64,000 nt of DNA, from the NCBI RefSeq assembly GCF_001194135.2, contig NC_068984.1:127445737-127509736 (forward strand). The letters are read 5' to 3'. The notes below the pieces were generated by a model that was not told the origin of the DNA, did no database searches, and worked only from the letters and a program-made list of their open reading frames with translations. A program made the translations under genes and the position numbers. This stretch comes from Octopus bimaculoides (lineage: Eukaryota). Positions 38,733 through 52,295 of the stretch are shown here, in pieces; positions within the stretch are counted from its first letter, which is position 1; the number at the start of each line of letters is the position of its first letter.

Positions 38733-40811
38733 TTAATGATAAACTACATGAGTGACTCAAGGTGCAAAAGGTTTTGATAAGTGCAATGATGCACAAAACT
38801 CTCACCCCTTGTGCGATTTATGTAGTTTCCCAACTAAAAGTAAAATATATATATGTACTGTACATTTGCATATTGAGTTCTGTTTCTCTTTCTTGTATTA
38901 CCAAACCTATATTTTATGCATACATAAATCAAATACTTGCCAACTAAAACAATAATTACCACGCCTTCAGGTGTAATGTTTCAGTATAGAGCTAATATAA
39001 AAAACAACAAATTATTCAAATTTGAATAATCAAGAAAACACAAATTGTTCCTAATAATAGTATACTAATCATAACTAATGATTTGTTGTAGAAAAATATT
39101 CTAATACAGAGATGCCAATCTATTTAAAACAAGTGAAAATTAGATCACTTTTTCAGAGTTCACATGTCTTTACATTGGTTGGTATGAGGTTTGTTGAATT
39201 TACTCTATGTCAGAAAACTTAAAAGAACAAATCTTTTAAAAAGTTGACATATATAACTAACAAGAATTAATTATTTCAACTACAAAAATTGATTGAAGAG
39301 ATGTAACACCAGGAAAATGATTAAATATATTTCACAAAGTCAATAATTTAAATGACATTTCATGAGATTTAATTTAGATGTAAAATAAGGGCTGGAGTTT
39401 GGTCTTTTATTTTTTATTGTAAAAATAATTACTATGCAATCTGACTTTAACACTTCGAGCCAACAAAATAATTTTTGTGTTATTCAGCCTACTAGAAATA
39501 GCTACCAATTCTCCAGCAAATCATACAGATGGTCAAACTGAACATCAACTATAACAATCTCAACAATATAAGACCTTATAAAAGTCATGGACACTGTACT
39601 TTCTCATGACCAAGTCTCCATTCCAACCTGTCCTGCAAAACAAAAAATCTAAAAGTTCTACTACCTTAAAAAGTAGAACACATTGAATAAAATAGTTCCA
39701 GATATACTATGTCTGAAAATAGGATGATCATAGGTTTAACCTAATCAGAACTGACCTATGACCAAACAACTTCAGCATATTCTTTTTTTTTTTTTTATAG
39801 CTTAATGAGAGCAGGAAACGGACAGCTTTAACCATATTACAGAGCTGATGAGATTGGATGGACAGAAAGAAGGAAACCACAACTCGTTGCAATAGGAAGC
39901 AACACATGAAGAAATCAAGTAATCCTCATACTTTGTCTGAATATGTCTAACAAAGTGGACAATGCTAAAGGTGGTGGTAGTTAAACCAGCTGACATCTCA
40001 AATTGTCAGATTAATTGTACCCAAGAACAGGTACAGTCAATCCGATAGGCTTCTATACTGTTTTTCTCTGCCCAGTTTCAATCTCAGAGCTTGGGTCAAT
40101 CAGGGGCTAGAGGAAAAGATACAGGCTCAAGGTACTGCACAAAGAAATAAAATCCTGAGCCATGTGATTGCAAAACACACCTCTTAACCACTTGACCATA
40201 TCTGTGCCCATGAATGTAAGCTATTTTTTAAATATTAGATTGCAGGACTACTACAATATAAACTTTAATTCAAATTGTGTAAACAAAAAAATATTTGGAA
40301 AATAGAACAAAGACAAAATGTGGTATTTTATAAGAATGAAAACATTCTATTCTATTCAGGCATTGTTAATACAACAATCATTTTAAACAACTGCAGTGAG
40401 AATTGGCAATGATAACAATATATACATTTTTATGGAATATATTGGATATAATGATTATTTTATCCATCCTTCATTATATTTATAACAAAGAATTAGTACT
40501 ATTTTAAATGAAGTTTTCTAGTCAATTCAACCAATAAAATTGAAGAGAATTCACTAAGTTTAATCAAATTAAATTATTATAGAATTATCTTTTTATTCAC
40601 AAAGGAAATATGAATATTTAACACATTGCCTGCATTGTCCATATCAGTCAATATGGTTTTCACAGTTAAAAGCAATTTAATGTTAATAAATAATTCTGCT
40701 TTAGAACTGGTGATTATATAACAAAGATGGGTGTTAACTTCGGGATCATCACAATACATAAATTTACTTTCTAAATATGAAAACGATGGCTGAGTTTCAC
40801 TTAAAAGAACT

Positions 40812-40842
<31 letters not shown>

Positions 40843-41054
40843 TTTGTAGTGTAACATATGGATTCATAGAATCATGTGGCTATCACAGAAAACTCCTCTA
40901 ACAGAGTCAGTTAACAGATGACATGGTTATCCAATGCAGAAGTGTATAATGCAGAGTTTCATGAAGCAGGAATCTGGGAGATCTGATTAATGAAATTATT
41001 TCATGAGGAGTATATAAACCATAAAAAGTTAGGAGGTATGAAAGATGATATGCA

Positions 41055-41500
41055 TATCATCATTTAATATCCGTTTTCCATGTTGGCATGGTTTGATAGG
41101 AGCTAGTGATCCAGAGGGCTGGGCCAAGCTTTATTGTCTGCTTTGGCAAGGTTTCTACAGCTGGATGCCTTTTCTAATATCAACCACTTAGCAGATTATA
41201 TTGAGTGCTGTTTACATGGCACCAGCAAGGTCACCAAGTAACTTGCAAGACAAGAACCCCACTCCATGCCTCCACCTTGACTGAGTGGAGTTCAGAGTTG
41301 AGGGAGGTGTCTTTGTGCCAAGTGATGAGACGTTGGCATATGGTAGAGGGATAGAAAATGGTGTTTTGCAGTAGAAGAAATACATGGCTACTCCAGTTAG
41401 AAAAGGAGAGAGGAGAGGAGAAACAGAGAGATGGTGAAGATGTGTTACAGAGAGGGGTATGTAAGTGAAGCAGTACAGAGGATTGGATAGGGTGAATGGG
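41055..41500 (-). mobile_element. Family F composite repeat
   Basis: Reverse counterpart of 11560-11970. Confidence 0.65.
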
Positions 41501-41544
41501 CACATAAGTTCACCAAATGCTATATATATATATATATATATAAT

Positions 41545-41795
41545 AATAATGCGCCCTTTTAAAGCCTAGCCAGGCTCATGTGCCCGGTTTCCTGGTTTCA
41601 ATGGCGTATGTGTTCCCCAGCTGGACGGGACACCAATCCATCGCAGCGTTACTCATTTTCACCAGCTGAGTGGACTGGAGCAACGTGAAATGAAGTGTTT
41701 TGCTCAAGAACACAACGCGTCGCCCGGCCCAGGAATCGAAACTACAATCTTACGATCATGATGCTGATACCCTAACCACTAAGCCACGCGCCTCC
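41545..41795 (-). mobile_element. Family D tRNA-derived SINE, full length and young
   Basis: Minus-strand A box TGGCTTAGTGG (41786-41776) and B box GTTTCGATTCC (41742-41732); body CTGCGATGGATTGGTGTCCCGTCCAG; many CpGs; (ATT) tail. Confidence 0.88.
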
Positions 41796-42627
41796 ACACA
41801 CACANNNNNNNNNNNNNNNNNNNNNNNNNNNNNNNNNNNNNNNNNNNNNNNNNNNNNNNNNNNNNNNNNNNNNNNNNNNNNNNNNNNNNNNNNNNNNNNN
41901 NNNNNNNNNNNNNNNNNNNNNNNNNNNNNNNNNNNNNNNNNNNNNNNNNNNNNNNNNNNNNNNNNNNNNNNNNNNNNNNNNNAAATTGAAATTTTTTTGA
42001 TTAGATGAAGAAAGAAAGCAAATTCTATTGTTAGGTGACACAAAGAACAAAGGAAATAATTTCAATATATTTAGAATAATTAAAAATATCTTCATGCTTA
42101 AGGGGAAAATCAGATCTCTGTTAGCAGGGACAGTGATAGTAGCAGACATGTTTCAGTATTATTCAGCAAAACGTAGAAACATGAACACACTTGATAAATA
42201 AAAATACAATTCTGCACAGAGAAAATGGGTTATGAATAATTTTGGGAAAACAGTAATAAAAAAAAAAAAAATTTAGATAAGGGAAATAACTCAAACAATG
42301 CTAATGGCATGGACTGAGATAAATCAACAGTGCATGAATGTACTGAATGACACGTACAATAAATTATTAATGAATTGAATTTTTTCTCTTAGTTGCAGAA
42401 AGTAAACAAAAATGTATCGATATTTGTTAATGACTCATTAAGCAAAAGGAAGATAATTTTAATGAAATAAGAATTAATTAAAAATTTTTTTGATTTATCT
42501 CAAACTGCCATTGGCTAATTTGACTATTTCCCTTAGCTCAATTTTGTCTTTTAATATGTAAATTATTACATGCCAAAAACTATTTATACCCCTTTTCTGA
42601 AAAAACTGTTTATTCATAAAGCAGGGT

Positions 42628-42658
<31 letters not shown>

Positions 42659-43686
42659 GTCTATGCTTCTCTGACAGGATTCAATAAAAATGAAATCAGT
42701 CTGCTGCTGTTACCATCCCAACTTACAAAGATCAAATATTCTCTTAAGCATGAGGAATAATTTTTTTTATTAATTATTAATTTATTAAAATCATTTTTCT
42801 TTTTGTGAGTTGCTAACAAATGTAGATGGTTAGAGAAAGAAAACAATAATCAAAGAGGAAAATTTCAATTCATTAAGAATTTTTCACAAGTGTCATTCAA
42901 TGCAGCCATACATACTTGACTTGTCCTACTACATACCATTGATTTTACTTAAGTATTTTCCATTAGCTCAATTCGGTTTTTCTTATGTTCCAATATATAT
43001 ATATATATACATCTAAAATTTGCACTTTTCCTCCCAAGTTTTATGTAAATACTTTACATTCATTCATGCATATCATCTCCTGAGTCAACTTCATTGCTAT
43101 TGAGCCTACAGAGGATTTTTAGTGCCATTGTCAAAAGTAGATAAAATGGTTAAACCACAGGTTTTATCTCTCTCTGGACAGCAAAAATGGAACAGATTTG
43201 GCCAGAATTGCTCAACTTTATCTCCCAAATTTAAACCCAGCACATCTGAAATGATGAACGATGCAATGGACATTGTAGCCCAAAACACAAATAAACAATA
43301 GACATTGATATATAGAAGACACAAATTAGAAGTGTCCTTGATCAGAGATGACCTGATGCTAAATAACAACCGAACACTTTTGCTCGCACCTTATTTCATT
43401 TAACATATTTCATAATGTCAGTTTCAAACAATTCTTTTCACCATCAATGAGAAAATACATTTCAGACACATTCATAATATTTTCTCAATAGAAACTTTGG
43501 CATCACACCGAACTCTTCCTATTCTTGGTTGACAGGTAACCAAGATTATACATCAACATCAATATTTTTTAATACTCACTTTTCCATGCTTGCATAGGTC
43601 AGACAGATTTTATTGAGGCAGATTTTCTCTGTCTGAATGCCTTTCCTATCAATAACCCTAATCTGTTTGCAGATATATGATACACT

Positions 43687-43728
<42 letters not shown>

Positions 43729-44311
43729 NNNNNNNNNNNNNNNNNNNNNNNNNNNNNNNNNNNNNNNNNNNNNNNNNNNNNNNNNNNNNNNNNNNNNNNN
43801 NNNNNNNNNNNNNNNNNNNNNNNNNNNNNNNNNNNNNNNNNNNNNNNNNNNNNNNNNNNNNNNNNNNNNNNNNNNNNNNNNNNNNNNNNNNNNNNNNNNN
43901 NNNNNNNNNNNNNNNNNNNNNNNNNNNNNNNNNNNNNNNNNNNNNNNNNNNNNNNNNNNNNNNNNNNNNNNNNNNNNNNNNNNNNNNNNNNNNNNNNNNN
44001 NNNNNNNNNNNNNNNNNNNNNNNNNNNNNNNNNNNNNNNNNNNNNNNNNNNNNNNNNNNNNNNNNNNNNNNNNNNNNNNNNNNNNNNNNNNNNNNNNNNN
44101 NNNNNNNNNNNNNNNNNNNNNNNNNNNNNNNNNNNNNNNNNNNNNNNNNNNNNNNNNNNNNNNNNNNNNNNNNNNNNNNNNNNNNNNNNNNNNNNNNNNN
44201 NNNNNNNNNNNNNNNNNNNNNNNNNNNNNNNNNNNNNNNNNNNNNNNNNNNNNNNNNNNNNNNNNNNNNNNNNNNNNNNNNNNNNNNNNNNNNNNNNNNN
44301 NNNNNNNNNNN
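43729..44311. other. Largest assembly gap (others: 3651-3815, 32087-32096, 32319-32462, 34720-34819, 41805-41982, 49955-50050)
   Basis: N runs, mostly abutting microsatellites. Confidence 0.99.
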
Positions 44312-44657
44312 AAGTAAAGGTGACACTTTAGATACAAATAATTACAGAGGTATCAAGTTGTTAGATCAGGTAATGAAAGTCACGGAGAGGGTCATAGCCC
44401 AACTACTTAGGGAGCGGGTCAGTTTAGATGAGATGCAGTTTGGGTTCGTGCCAGGGAAAAGCACCACTGATGCTTTATTTCTGGTAAGATAGCTGCAGGA
44501 GAAATACCTAGCCAAGGATAAACCTCTGTACCTGGCTTTCGTTGACATAGAGAAAGCCTTTGACAGGGTCCCCTGATCCCTTATCTGGTGGTCAATGAGG
44601 AAACTAGGGATAGAAGAATGGTTAGTAAGAGCTGTGTGAGCCATGTACAGAGACGCT
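44312..44657 (+). mobile_element. RTE-clade LINE reverse transcriptase fragment
   Basis: NNYRGIKLLDQVMKVTERVI...QFGFVPGKSTTDALF...LAFVDIEKAFDRVP with in-frame stops; begins at a gap and ends at a (GT)n tract. Confidence 0.92.
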
Positions 44658-45594
44658 AGTGTGTGTGTGTGTGCATGCACGCATGCGCACATATACAAAC
44701 ACTGAAGTGTTCACCAGAGCAGGAAAGAGAGTGCTCAATAGCAGAGGTAGAGGTGGATATTATTAGGTGCTGAAATTTCATAAATTGTTTCTCTGAATTA
44801 CTTATTTCTGATCTTCATTTAAAGAGTAGGAATGAAACTCGGTGTAAACATTTGTGAAGTTTCAACTGCCAATAAAATAAATTATTATTATATGTAAATA
44901 TAGATTTGTTTGCATGTACATATATATGTTACGTATATAGATATATATGTACGTATAGATAAGTACATTTGTAAATCACACTCACTCACATTGCAAGTGT
45001 GTGTAAGTAGAGAGAGAAAGAGAGAAGAAAGAAAGAAAGAGTATGTGAGTGTGTGTTTAGACATAAATACAATCAATATCCATATAATAAACATAATTTT
45101 CTGAATATTCATTTATTCACTTTAGATTTTTTTCTTTTTTTGTCATTGAGCCATGACAAGGAAACATCTTTGCAACATAAAATAGTAAGAGTTACAGATA
45201 TTTTGTGGCAGATATCATAGGAATCCAGATATTATAGGAGAAAATATTTAGAATTTTGTTTAGATGCGAGGAAATTTAATGGTTGACATATCTGAAAAGT
45301 TTGAATAAAAACGGATTGAGGTATGATTTGTTGAATATGTATTTTTGTACGACAAACTTTGATGAAAAATGGAGTAAAAGTGAGGCAAGAGTGGCTGGGT
45401 ATTGAAGGTATCAGTTGATGTATGAAGCATGTGTTAGAAGTGTAATGCTATCTGACAGTGAAACAGATATTCAATATATTCTATGAGGGGTTAGATATAA
45501 ATGAATAAGTATCATCTGTTAGACATGTAAAGTTAACCTACATGAAAGGTAAAGTGCAAATGAGTTTGGAAAGCAACTAGGCATTAAATATATA

Positions 45595-46519
45595 TTGGGT
45601 CATCCCATAAATAATGTGGTTTTTTTCAATTGCATAAACTAAAAGTTGGAGGGAGATGGGATAAACTACCTGCATCACCTTGCTACAAAAGCAGGTAATA
45701 ATTTTACCGTATCCTTATTCTTAGTGCAAGTTTTGAAAAGTGAAGTTCGATTTTTACAGTTACTTTTCCAAAGCTATAATGGATTGTGACAAAGGAAAAT
45801 ATTCAGCATATTTTGCTTTATTAGTTCAATAAAAGCAACAACACAATAGAAAGTGTGAGGAATATTAATGCAGTATATGGGGATCAGACAATAAGTGTAA
45901 GCCAGTGTCAATGGTGGTTCCAGGAATTCCGAACCAGAAACTACAGCCTAGAAGATAAGCCTCATCCTGGAAGATCTGTAGAGCTCGATGAAGACATCCT
46001 GCAAACCTTGGTGGAACAAAATCCCATCATAACTGTTGAGGAACTAGCAGAGAAGCTGGGATTTGATCGTTCAACCAGTCATTCAAGTCCGCACTAGAAG
46101 AAAAACAACCATTTTTGGTTTCAAAATGAAAGATGTTCTTCCATCAGGATAATGCTCGACCACAAACAGTGAGGATGACATTCCAAGGGCTGGAGCAGTT
46201 TCAATGGGAAACGATGCCCCACCCACCATATTTGCCAGACATTGCCCCATCTAATTATCATTTATACCACGGTCTTCAAAATCATTTGGATAGAAAATAT
46301 ATGAATTCTGTAGATGAGGTCAGAACAGTACTGGAAGAGTATTTTTTCACTAGGGACAAGTTCATTTTGGAATAGGGGCCTTGCAGGTCTACCAGATAGA
46401 TAGAAGAGCATTGTAAAAAATGAAAGAGAATATATTTTAGATTAAAATAGAAGTTTATCTTAATTTTGAAAAAGAAAGGAAGTATATAAAAAAAAAACAT
46501 TATTTATGGGATGGCCCAA
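45595..46519 (+). mobile_element. Internally deleted mariner (DD34D-type), second lineage
   Basis: TIR TTGGG(T/C)CATCCCATAAATAATG at both ends with TA TSD (45593-4 / 46520-1); HTH region RNINAVYG...LEDKPHPGRSVELDEDILQTLVEQNP; C-terminal FHQDNARP...HPPYLPDIAPSNYHL; first catalytic D region deleted. Confidence 0.93.
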
Positions 46520-46547
46520 TAATTCAATGCTTGCAGGGGAGCCAGAT

Positions 46548-46868
46548 TTGAAGATATGAGTCAATGAGAGAGCCTGCACATGGTTGCTTAGCCTGCTAAA
46601 AATAACAGTTAAACGTCTCTCTCTTTCCCTCAAACACATCTGTAAATGTTGTAAAGGTGTACATGGTGTAAATTGTTGGAGTCATTATCATGTATCAGAG
46701 GAATCCTATTTGAAATTTGTGAGAAAAAAATTTTTCTTTATAAATGGAAAGAAACATAGAGTAATGTAGTCTGTGGAAAACTGTCTGAAAAGATAGGACA
46801 GAAAAGAGAGAGAGGCCTTTGATCATATGTTCACTCAAGCAGAACTAACTTTCATCTAAACAACAACC
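46548..46868 (+). mobile_element. Family E repeat nested in the RTE fragment
   Basis: GCCTGCTAAAAATAACAG head...CTTTGATCAT...AAACAACAAC tail. Confidence 0.6.
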
Positions 46869-48308
46869 GTTGGTATAGAAGTGTTATGTATGGATGAATG
46901 AATGAAAAAATGTGACATGGGCTGGCAGTGTAAAGTACCTGTGGTAAAAGGCTCAGGAAGATGTGGAAAAAAGTGGTGAGAACAAGATCTCAAGTTGCTG
47001 AAGTTCACAAACAAGATCATCTAGAAACAGCATTTACAATTTGCAGTGCTGTACACCTATCCAACATTCACAATGTACTTACTTGAAGAACAATTTAACT
47101 GGTAGAAATAGCACCAAAATCTAAAGTGCCAATCTCCCAAGAAAATGAAAGCCATATCTATATGTCACTGAAGTTATCATATGGCTAAAACAACATAAAA
47201 ACTGAAACATTCCTAATTTTTCTGACTGTTTGGTAATAAAGTAAAATTAAAGATTAGATTATGGCAGTGCATCCAAATGTCATTCATCACAAACTTACTA
47301 CTTCTAATCCACTATAGAAATGGTTATAGGGAAACATCCAGTTCTTTAAGAAGTCAAAAGCATGCAGAATTATTTCTAACTCTGGTGCAAAGTAACTAAA
47401 CTGTTGAGAATGAGCACAGAGTTGATGTAGATCCAATCAATCCCACTACATAATTAGTACACATTTCATCAACTCAGAAAAAAAACCCAAGTGCAACAGA
47501 ATTTGAACTCAAAATGCAAAGAGGCAAAAACCAGTATGCAAATCCAGCATTCTACCTTTCTTCTTATCTCCATAACATATATATTTAATCATTTCAGGAC
47601 CATAAACCCTCCACCAATAGCAAAAATATCCTCTTCTCCAATGTTTCAAAATAATGTGAAAATCTATTCTACTTGCTAAAAAAAAAAGTCCTCTATGATT
47701 AACACATCAACATAATATACTAATTATCTTAAATTTAAGCATCACACATTATTTTGCTAAACAATAGCTTCATTTAGACAAATGAGCAGTTGGAAGTGAT
47801 ATATGTTATTATAGGCTTCCAAATAGTAGCTCAGTGGAAAACTAAGAATGAAAAATAGTAAAAATAAAGGTGGCTAGTTGTGAAACAACTGAAAAGAAAT
47901 AAACAGCTTTCTGTTTGCTTTCTGTAAAATAACAGTGTTTCATGGATGATAGTGGTGAGGAGAGGAAAAGATATGTAATTGATTGTATAAGAGAGGAATA
48001 TTTAGTTTCATTCAAGTTTCACATACATTGTATTGAACTTTACAATAATAACTAACTACACTTTAACTATAGTTTCAAAGATAAAACATGAGCTTTATTT
48101 GGGTTTTTTTCTATCAAACTTTGATATTTTCATTTCTGTTTTGTTCTTTCTTTCTTTCTCTCTCCCCCTCCCTCTCTATCAATCTCCCCCTTTCCTTCTT
48201 TCTCTCTCTCTCCCTTTGTCTTTCTCACACATGCAGGAAATATCAATCAACTCAGAAGAAGCTTGTATACTGTGTTTATTTGCATTGTTAAAGAAATTAT
48301 TATTATTA

Positions 48309-48342
<34 letters not shown>

Positions 48343-49830
48343 GTTAGGAAACATATGGTAAAAAAATTCAAATGTATGTAAAACACCAGTTTTGATGCAA
48401 AAATAAATGTTGGGAAAAATACATCCAGAAAATATCAAGATAAAAATTTCACTTTCAGGATGTTATAGCAATTTTTTTTTGGTTTCTACCCAGGAAAGAA
48501 CAGATAAAAAATGTAAAAAGAAGGTGGGAAGGAAATCAAAATAAAATACAAACAAGATAGCAAGGCATACTATTTAGAATTATTCTATCTTTGAGGGGAA
48601 ATACCTTTCTGTGAAACAAAGGACGTCTAAAAAATTATTTCTGTATGATAAATAACGCTCATTTATAAAAACATAAAGAGATAAAACAACCTCTTCAACA
48701 GTAAATATATATTTTTTAATAACTAGTTTATGTATCAAAGGTAAAACAAAAAAATCAACATTTATTGATTTGTTTTGATTACAATGGTATCAAATTTTGT
48801 ATTATATCTAAAATGAGCAGTCACTTTGCTTTTTTTGGGGTATTTTTCCTTCATTTTTCTGTTACTCTCTTCAATAATTCCCTAATTCACTACCAATTAC
48901 AATGTGTGCAGTAATCATGTCTATTCAAATATTTGAAGCATCACATTATATACTTTCTCGAGGTTCTTCAGCGAATACAGTTCATAAAATCAGGTAAGTC
49001 ATTCCTTTATAAATAAATAGCTTAAATGACATCATTATGAAGAGATATTCAATTTGACAACCATGTTAGAAAGGAAGTATCCATTTTAGTGCTTCCTCCA
49101 GAACTTTTAATTGGAAATCAACATTTATATCAGTGATAGAAACATTTCCATTCCAGAATATGGACAAGTCATTTCAATATGCATGTTTCAATAAAAATAG
49201 CATGAAACTTCTATTGAGACAATACACCATATTGAATAAATGTGACATTTGAAATTACTGAATGAGGAATTTCATTCAGATAGACACCATTAAGAGTGAT
49301 CTTGAATATTTCCTATTGTGTTTACTTACAAACTGACGCTGATAACACAATACATAAAGATAGTACATATAAAGGAGTGAGGACTAGAGGTCTAAGGAAA
49401 AGAGTGAGTACATCAGCAATAATTTAATTTTTCTAGTGGAATTTGTGGGTTAAAAAAAAATATGAAATTTCATTAAAGTCAACTTATCCATATGCAGAAA
49501 ACTACATTACATACACATTTCTAAAACTACATTGTATAAAACTAGATTAAACATTTTATAAAGTCATCAACCTGAGGATTTGATTTCATGTCAACTTGTT
49601 TGAAACATGAACATCTTACAATAGACAAAGAAAATGTGACTTAGATATTGGAGCCATTTTATGTGTTCCTACAAATTAACTATCTTTTATATAGTTACTT
49701 GATCTGTTAGAAATAGCAGTCAGATTCCCACTCCTCCCCTCTCTCTCACACACAAATATACATATATATATATATAATCATAAATGTATAGGGATTGACA
49801 GTAACCTGCTTCTCCAACATACTGAGAATT

Positions 49831-49954
49831 CAGAAATAGCAGTCAAAGAACTACTGATTTCAAAACTACAAATTATTACTCCAGATAGATAGCGATCAAT
49901 CTGGAGTAATAATTTGTAGTTTTGAAATCAGTAGTTCTTTGACTGCTATTTCTG
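49831..49954. repeat. Perfect 56-bp inverted repeat with a 12-bp loop, ending at an N-gap
   Basis: Arms 49831-49886 and 49899-49954 are exact reverse complements. Confidence 0.97.
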
Positions 49955-50050
49955 NNNNNNNNNNNNNNNNNNNNNNNNNNNNNNNNNNNNNNNNNNNNNN
50001 NNNNNNNNNNNNNNNNNNNNNNNNNNNNNNNNNNNNNNNNNNNNNNNNNN

Positions 50051-50085
<35 letters not shown>

Positions 50086-50099
50086 TTTCTCTTGGGCCT

Positions 50100-50290
50100 T
50101 AAGAGTCATAAAGCCAGCTACTTAGTTTCCATGACATACAAGTGATCACAGTTACAACATTCCCCTGAACAGGACACCCAGGACACCAGCTCATAGCAGG
50201 TTCAAGACTAGCAATTTTGAGGGGAGGCGACAAGATAATTAAATCGACCCCAGTAGTTGCCTGGAATTTTATTTTATCAACTCTTGAACT
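50100..50290 (-). mobile_element. Family D 3' fragment followed by a family C 3' fragment
   Basis: Minus strand CCTGCTATGAGCTGGTGTCC...GTTCAGGGGAATG; TCGACCCCAGTA...TTTTATC. Confidence 0.6.
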
Positions 50291-50989
50291 CCCCTCAGCT
50301 TCCAACACAGCCTCTGAACTTGGCACTAGTATTCCTTCTTGTGTCTCTAGGAAGATCTTTGAACACCTTAATCCTTGTGCTGAAGGCAGAGTGGTTGGTA
50401 TCTTTCTCAACCACAACCCACACACAGTAATCCATGGGATTACAATCAGGGGAATTAGGGGGCCAGAAATTAGGGCTGGAGAAGCCATAGAAATTCTCTG
50501 ACAACCACTTCTGATTCTTTCTGGAGGTATAGCAAGGAACTAAATACTGCTGCCACACATATGGCTTTCCAGCAGTAACCCTCCCCAATAGCTTCATACA
50601 GCCATCTGAATTGATCCCAAGGCCCTGTTTAAAAGTCTGAAGCATGCAGACATAGTCAGAATGCCTTCTGTACCTCTTCCTGCTAGCCACATCTTTATAG
50701 TTTCCATTGCAGCTGTCCATGTCATGTCTTACAATCTTTACAGTGTTCACACAGCATTGAGCAGCAGTCATGATATCAGCATTTTGATACCCAGTATGAA
50801 TCATCATGATACAAATATCCCTTTTCCAATATTCAGATGGCTTCCAGTCCTCCATATTAGCTAATTTTTTCTCAACTACAACTTTAATCTTTAAGTTTTC
50901 CAATGCCATTGAATCTTCATCAATACATCAAACTGTTATTGAAATGCAGAGACTTAAAATATCATCAAATTTAGCCTGAACTCTGTGTA
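50288..50989 (-). mobile_element. Internally deleted maT (DD37D) Tc1/mariner element with a 204-aa residual ORF (50295-50909)
   Basis: WQQ(Y)LVPCYTSRKNQKWLSENF...WPPNSPDCNPMDY has 37 residues between the D2 position (mutated to Y) and D3; HTH-like N-terminus; EAVLEAEG C-terminus in a shifted frame. Confidence 0.85.
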
Positions 50990-52039
50990 TAGTGTGATGA
51001 AAGGACAAGAAGGCATAAACACACACACACACACAGCTTCTTTCAGTTCCTATCTACTAAATCCACTCACAAGGTTTTGGTTAGGCCAGGGCTACAGTGG
51101 AAGGCACTTTCCCAAGATGTCATGCAGTGAGACTGAATTTGAAATCACAAGATTGGGAAGTGAACTTCTTCACCATTTACTATCATCTACAGCATATATC
51201 ATCTCCAGAGTCAATTTTTTTTAAGCCAACAAAAGGAACTACAAGCCTGTTTGACCTGTCACAAATAGCAGTTACATCTCAAAATCACCCTTCTATCTTC
51301 AATAAAGGATACATTGAACAATGTCTTCCTTGATATACAACAAAACTGGACTGTTACAACTGGAATGCTTTTCATAAGTCTGCTTAATCAGAGCTGACTT
51401 TGGTACTCTATAACCAGAAGTCTCGAAGTTACAAGACTGCAAATTCAGACTGTAAAGTAAGATATGCCAGAGTAATAAATAGACTATTGGCATTCTGGTG
51501 CACTAATTAAGTCATTCTGTAAATAATGTATGAGAAATTATAGTAGAAATTTTGGCCATGTAATAATGTTAGAAATTATTTATAATTATAAGGAAGGAGT
51601 AAATGGCATTAATAGAGAATTGAATGAACTGCTTTGTGGTATTTAGTTATGTTCAAATTTTGCCTTTCATTCATACAAGGCTAATAAAGTAATGTACCAC
51701 TCAAGTAGTGGGGTTGATTTAGTCAACAAACTCCTTTCACCTTGCGCCCATGTTAGAAATGGTTATTATTACTACCATTACTGAGAGATTGGTAGGATCC
51801 ATAGAGTGTCTGACAAAATACTTTGTGCTGTTTAGTTATATATGACTGAGTTAAGTATGAATATTGCTGAGGTTGACTTTACTTTTCCTTATTCTGTAGT
51901 CTATAAAATAAAGTACCAGTTACATATGAGGATCATTCAAATTGATTACACCTACTCCAAGTTCAAGGCCTTTTGCCTGAGTTAGAAATCACTATTATTT
52001 AAAAAGATAAAACAAATCACTATTGTTATTATTATTATT

Positions 52040-52295
52040 GTTCAGTAGTTTTATTTTTATAACGTGCTTTCACTTCACTACCGAGCGCAGCTCTGTGCGC
52101 CTTGGGTATGTGCTGTGGTTTGCTGTGGTGCTCTTATGTTTACTGTATTGAAAGTGTTTTGCGTAGAATGTGTGCAGTACCCAGTAGTGCAATTTTCTGT
52201 ATGTTATATATATTTGTAAGTCCTGGTATTTTTGTTATGTATTTGTCTGAATATTTTTTTATTATACCTAAGGCACCTACTATGATAGGAATTGT
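52040..52295 (-). mobile_element. 3' end of an R4/Dong-like restriction-like-endonuclease retrotransposon within (TAA)n
   Basis: Uninterrupted TIPIIVGALGIIKKYSDKYITKIPGLTNIYNIQKIALLGTAHILRKTLSIQ* (52295-52140) plus ~100-bp 3' UTR; AAT repeats on both sides. Confidence 0.75.

Larger units (their letters stand above)
45400..47040 (+). mobile_element. Old RTE LINE 3' coding fragment hosting two younger insertions
   Basis: Y-E-A-C-V-R-S-V-M-L and ..QLGIK before the mariner; WY..V and ..RKMWKKVV after the family E copy. Confidence 0.6.

Noticed and set aside
42630-42658. T29 run as a possible retrocopy poly(A) tail
   Set aside because: No polyadenylation signal at the expected distance, no TSD and no ORF
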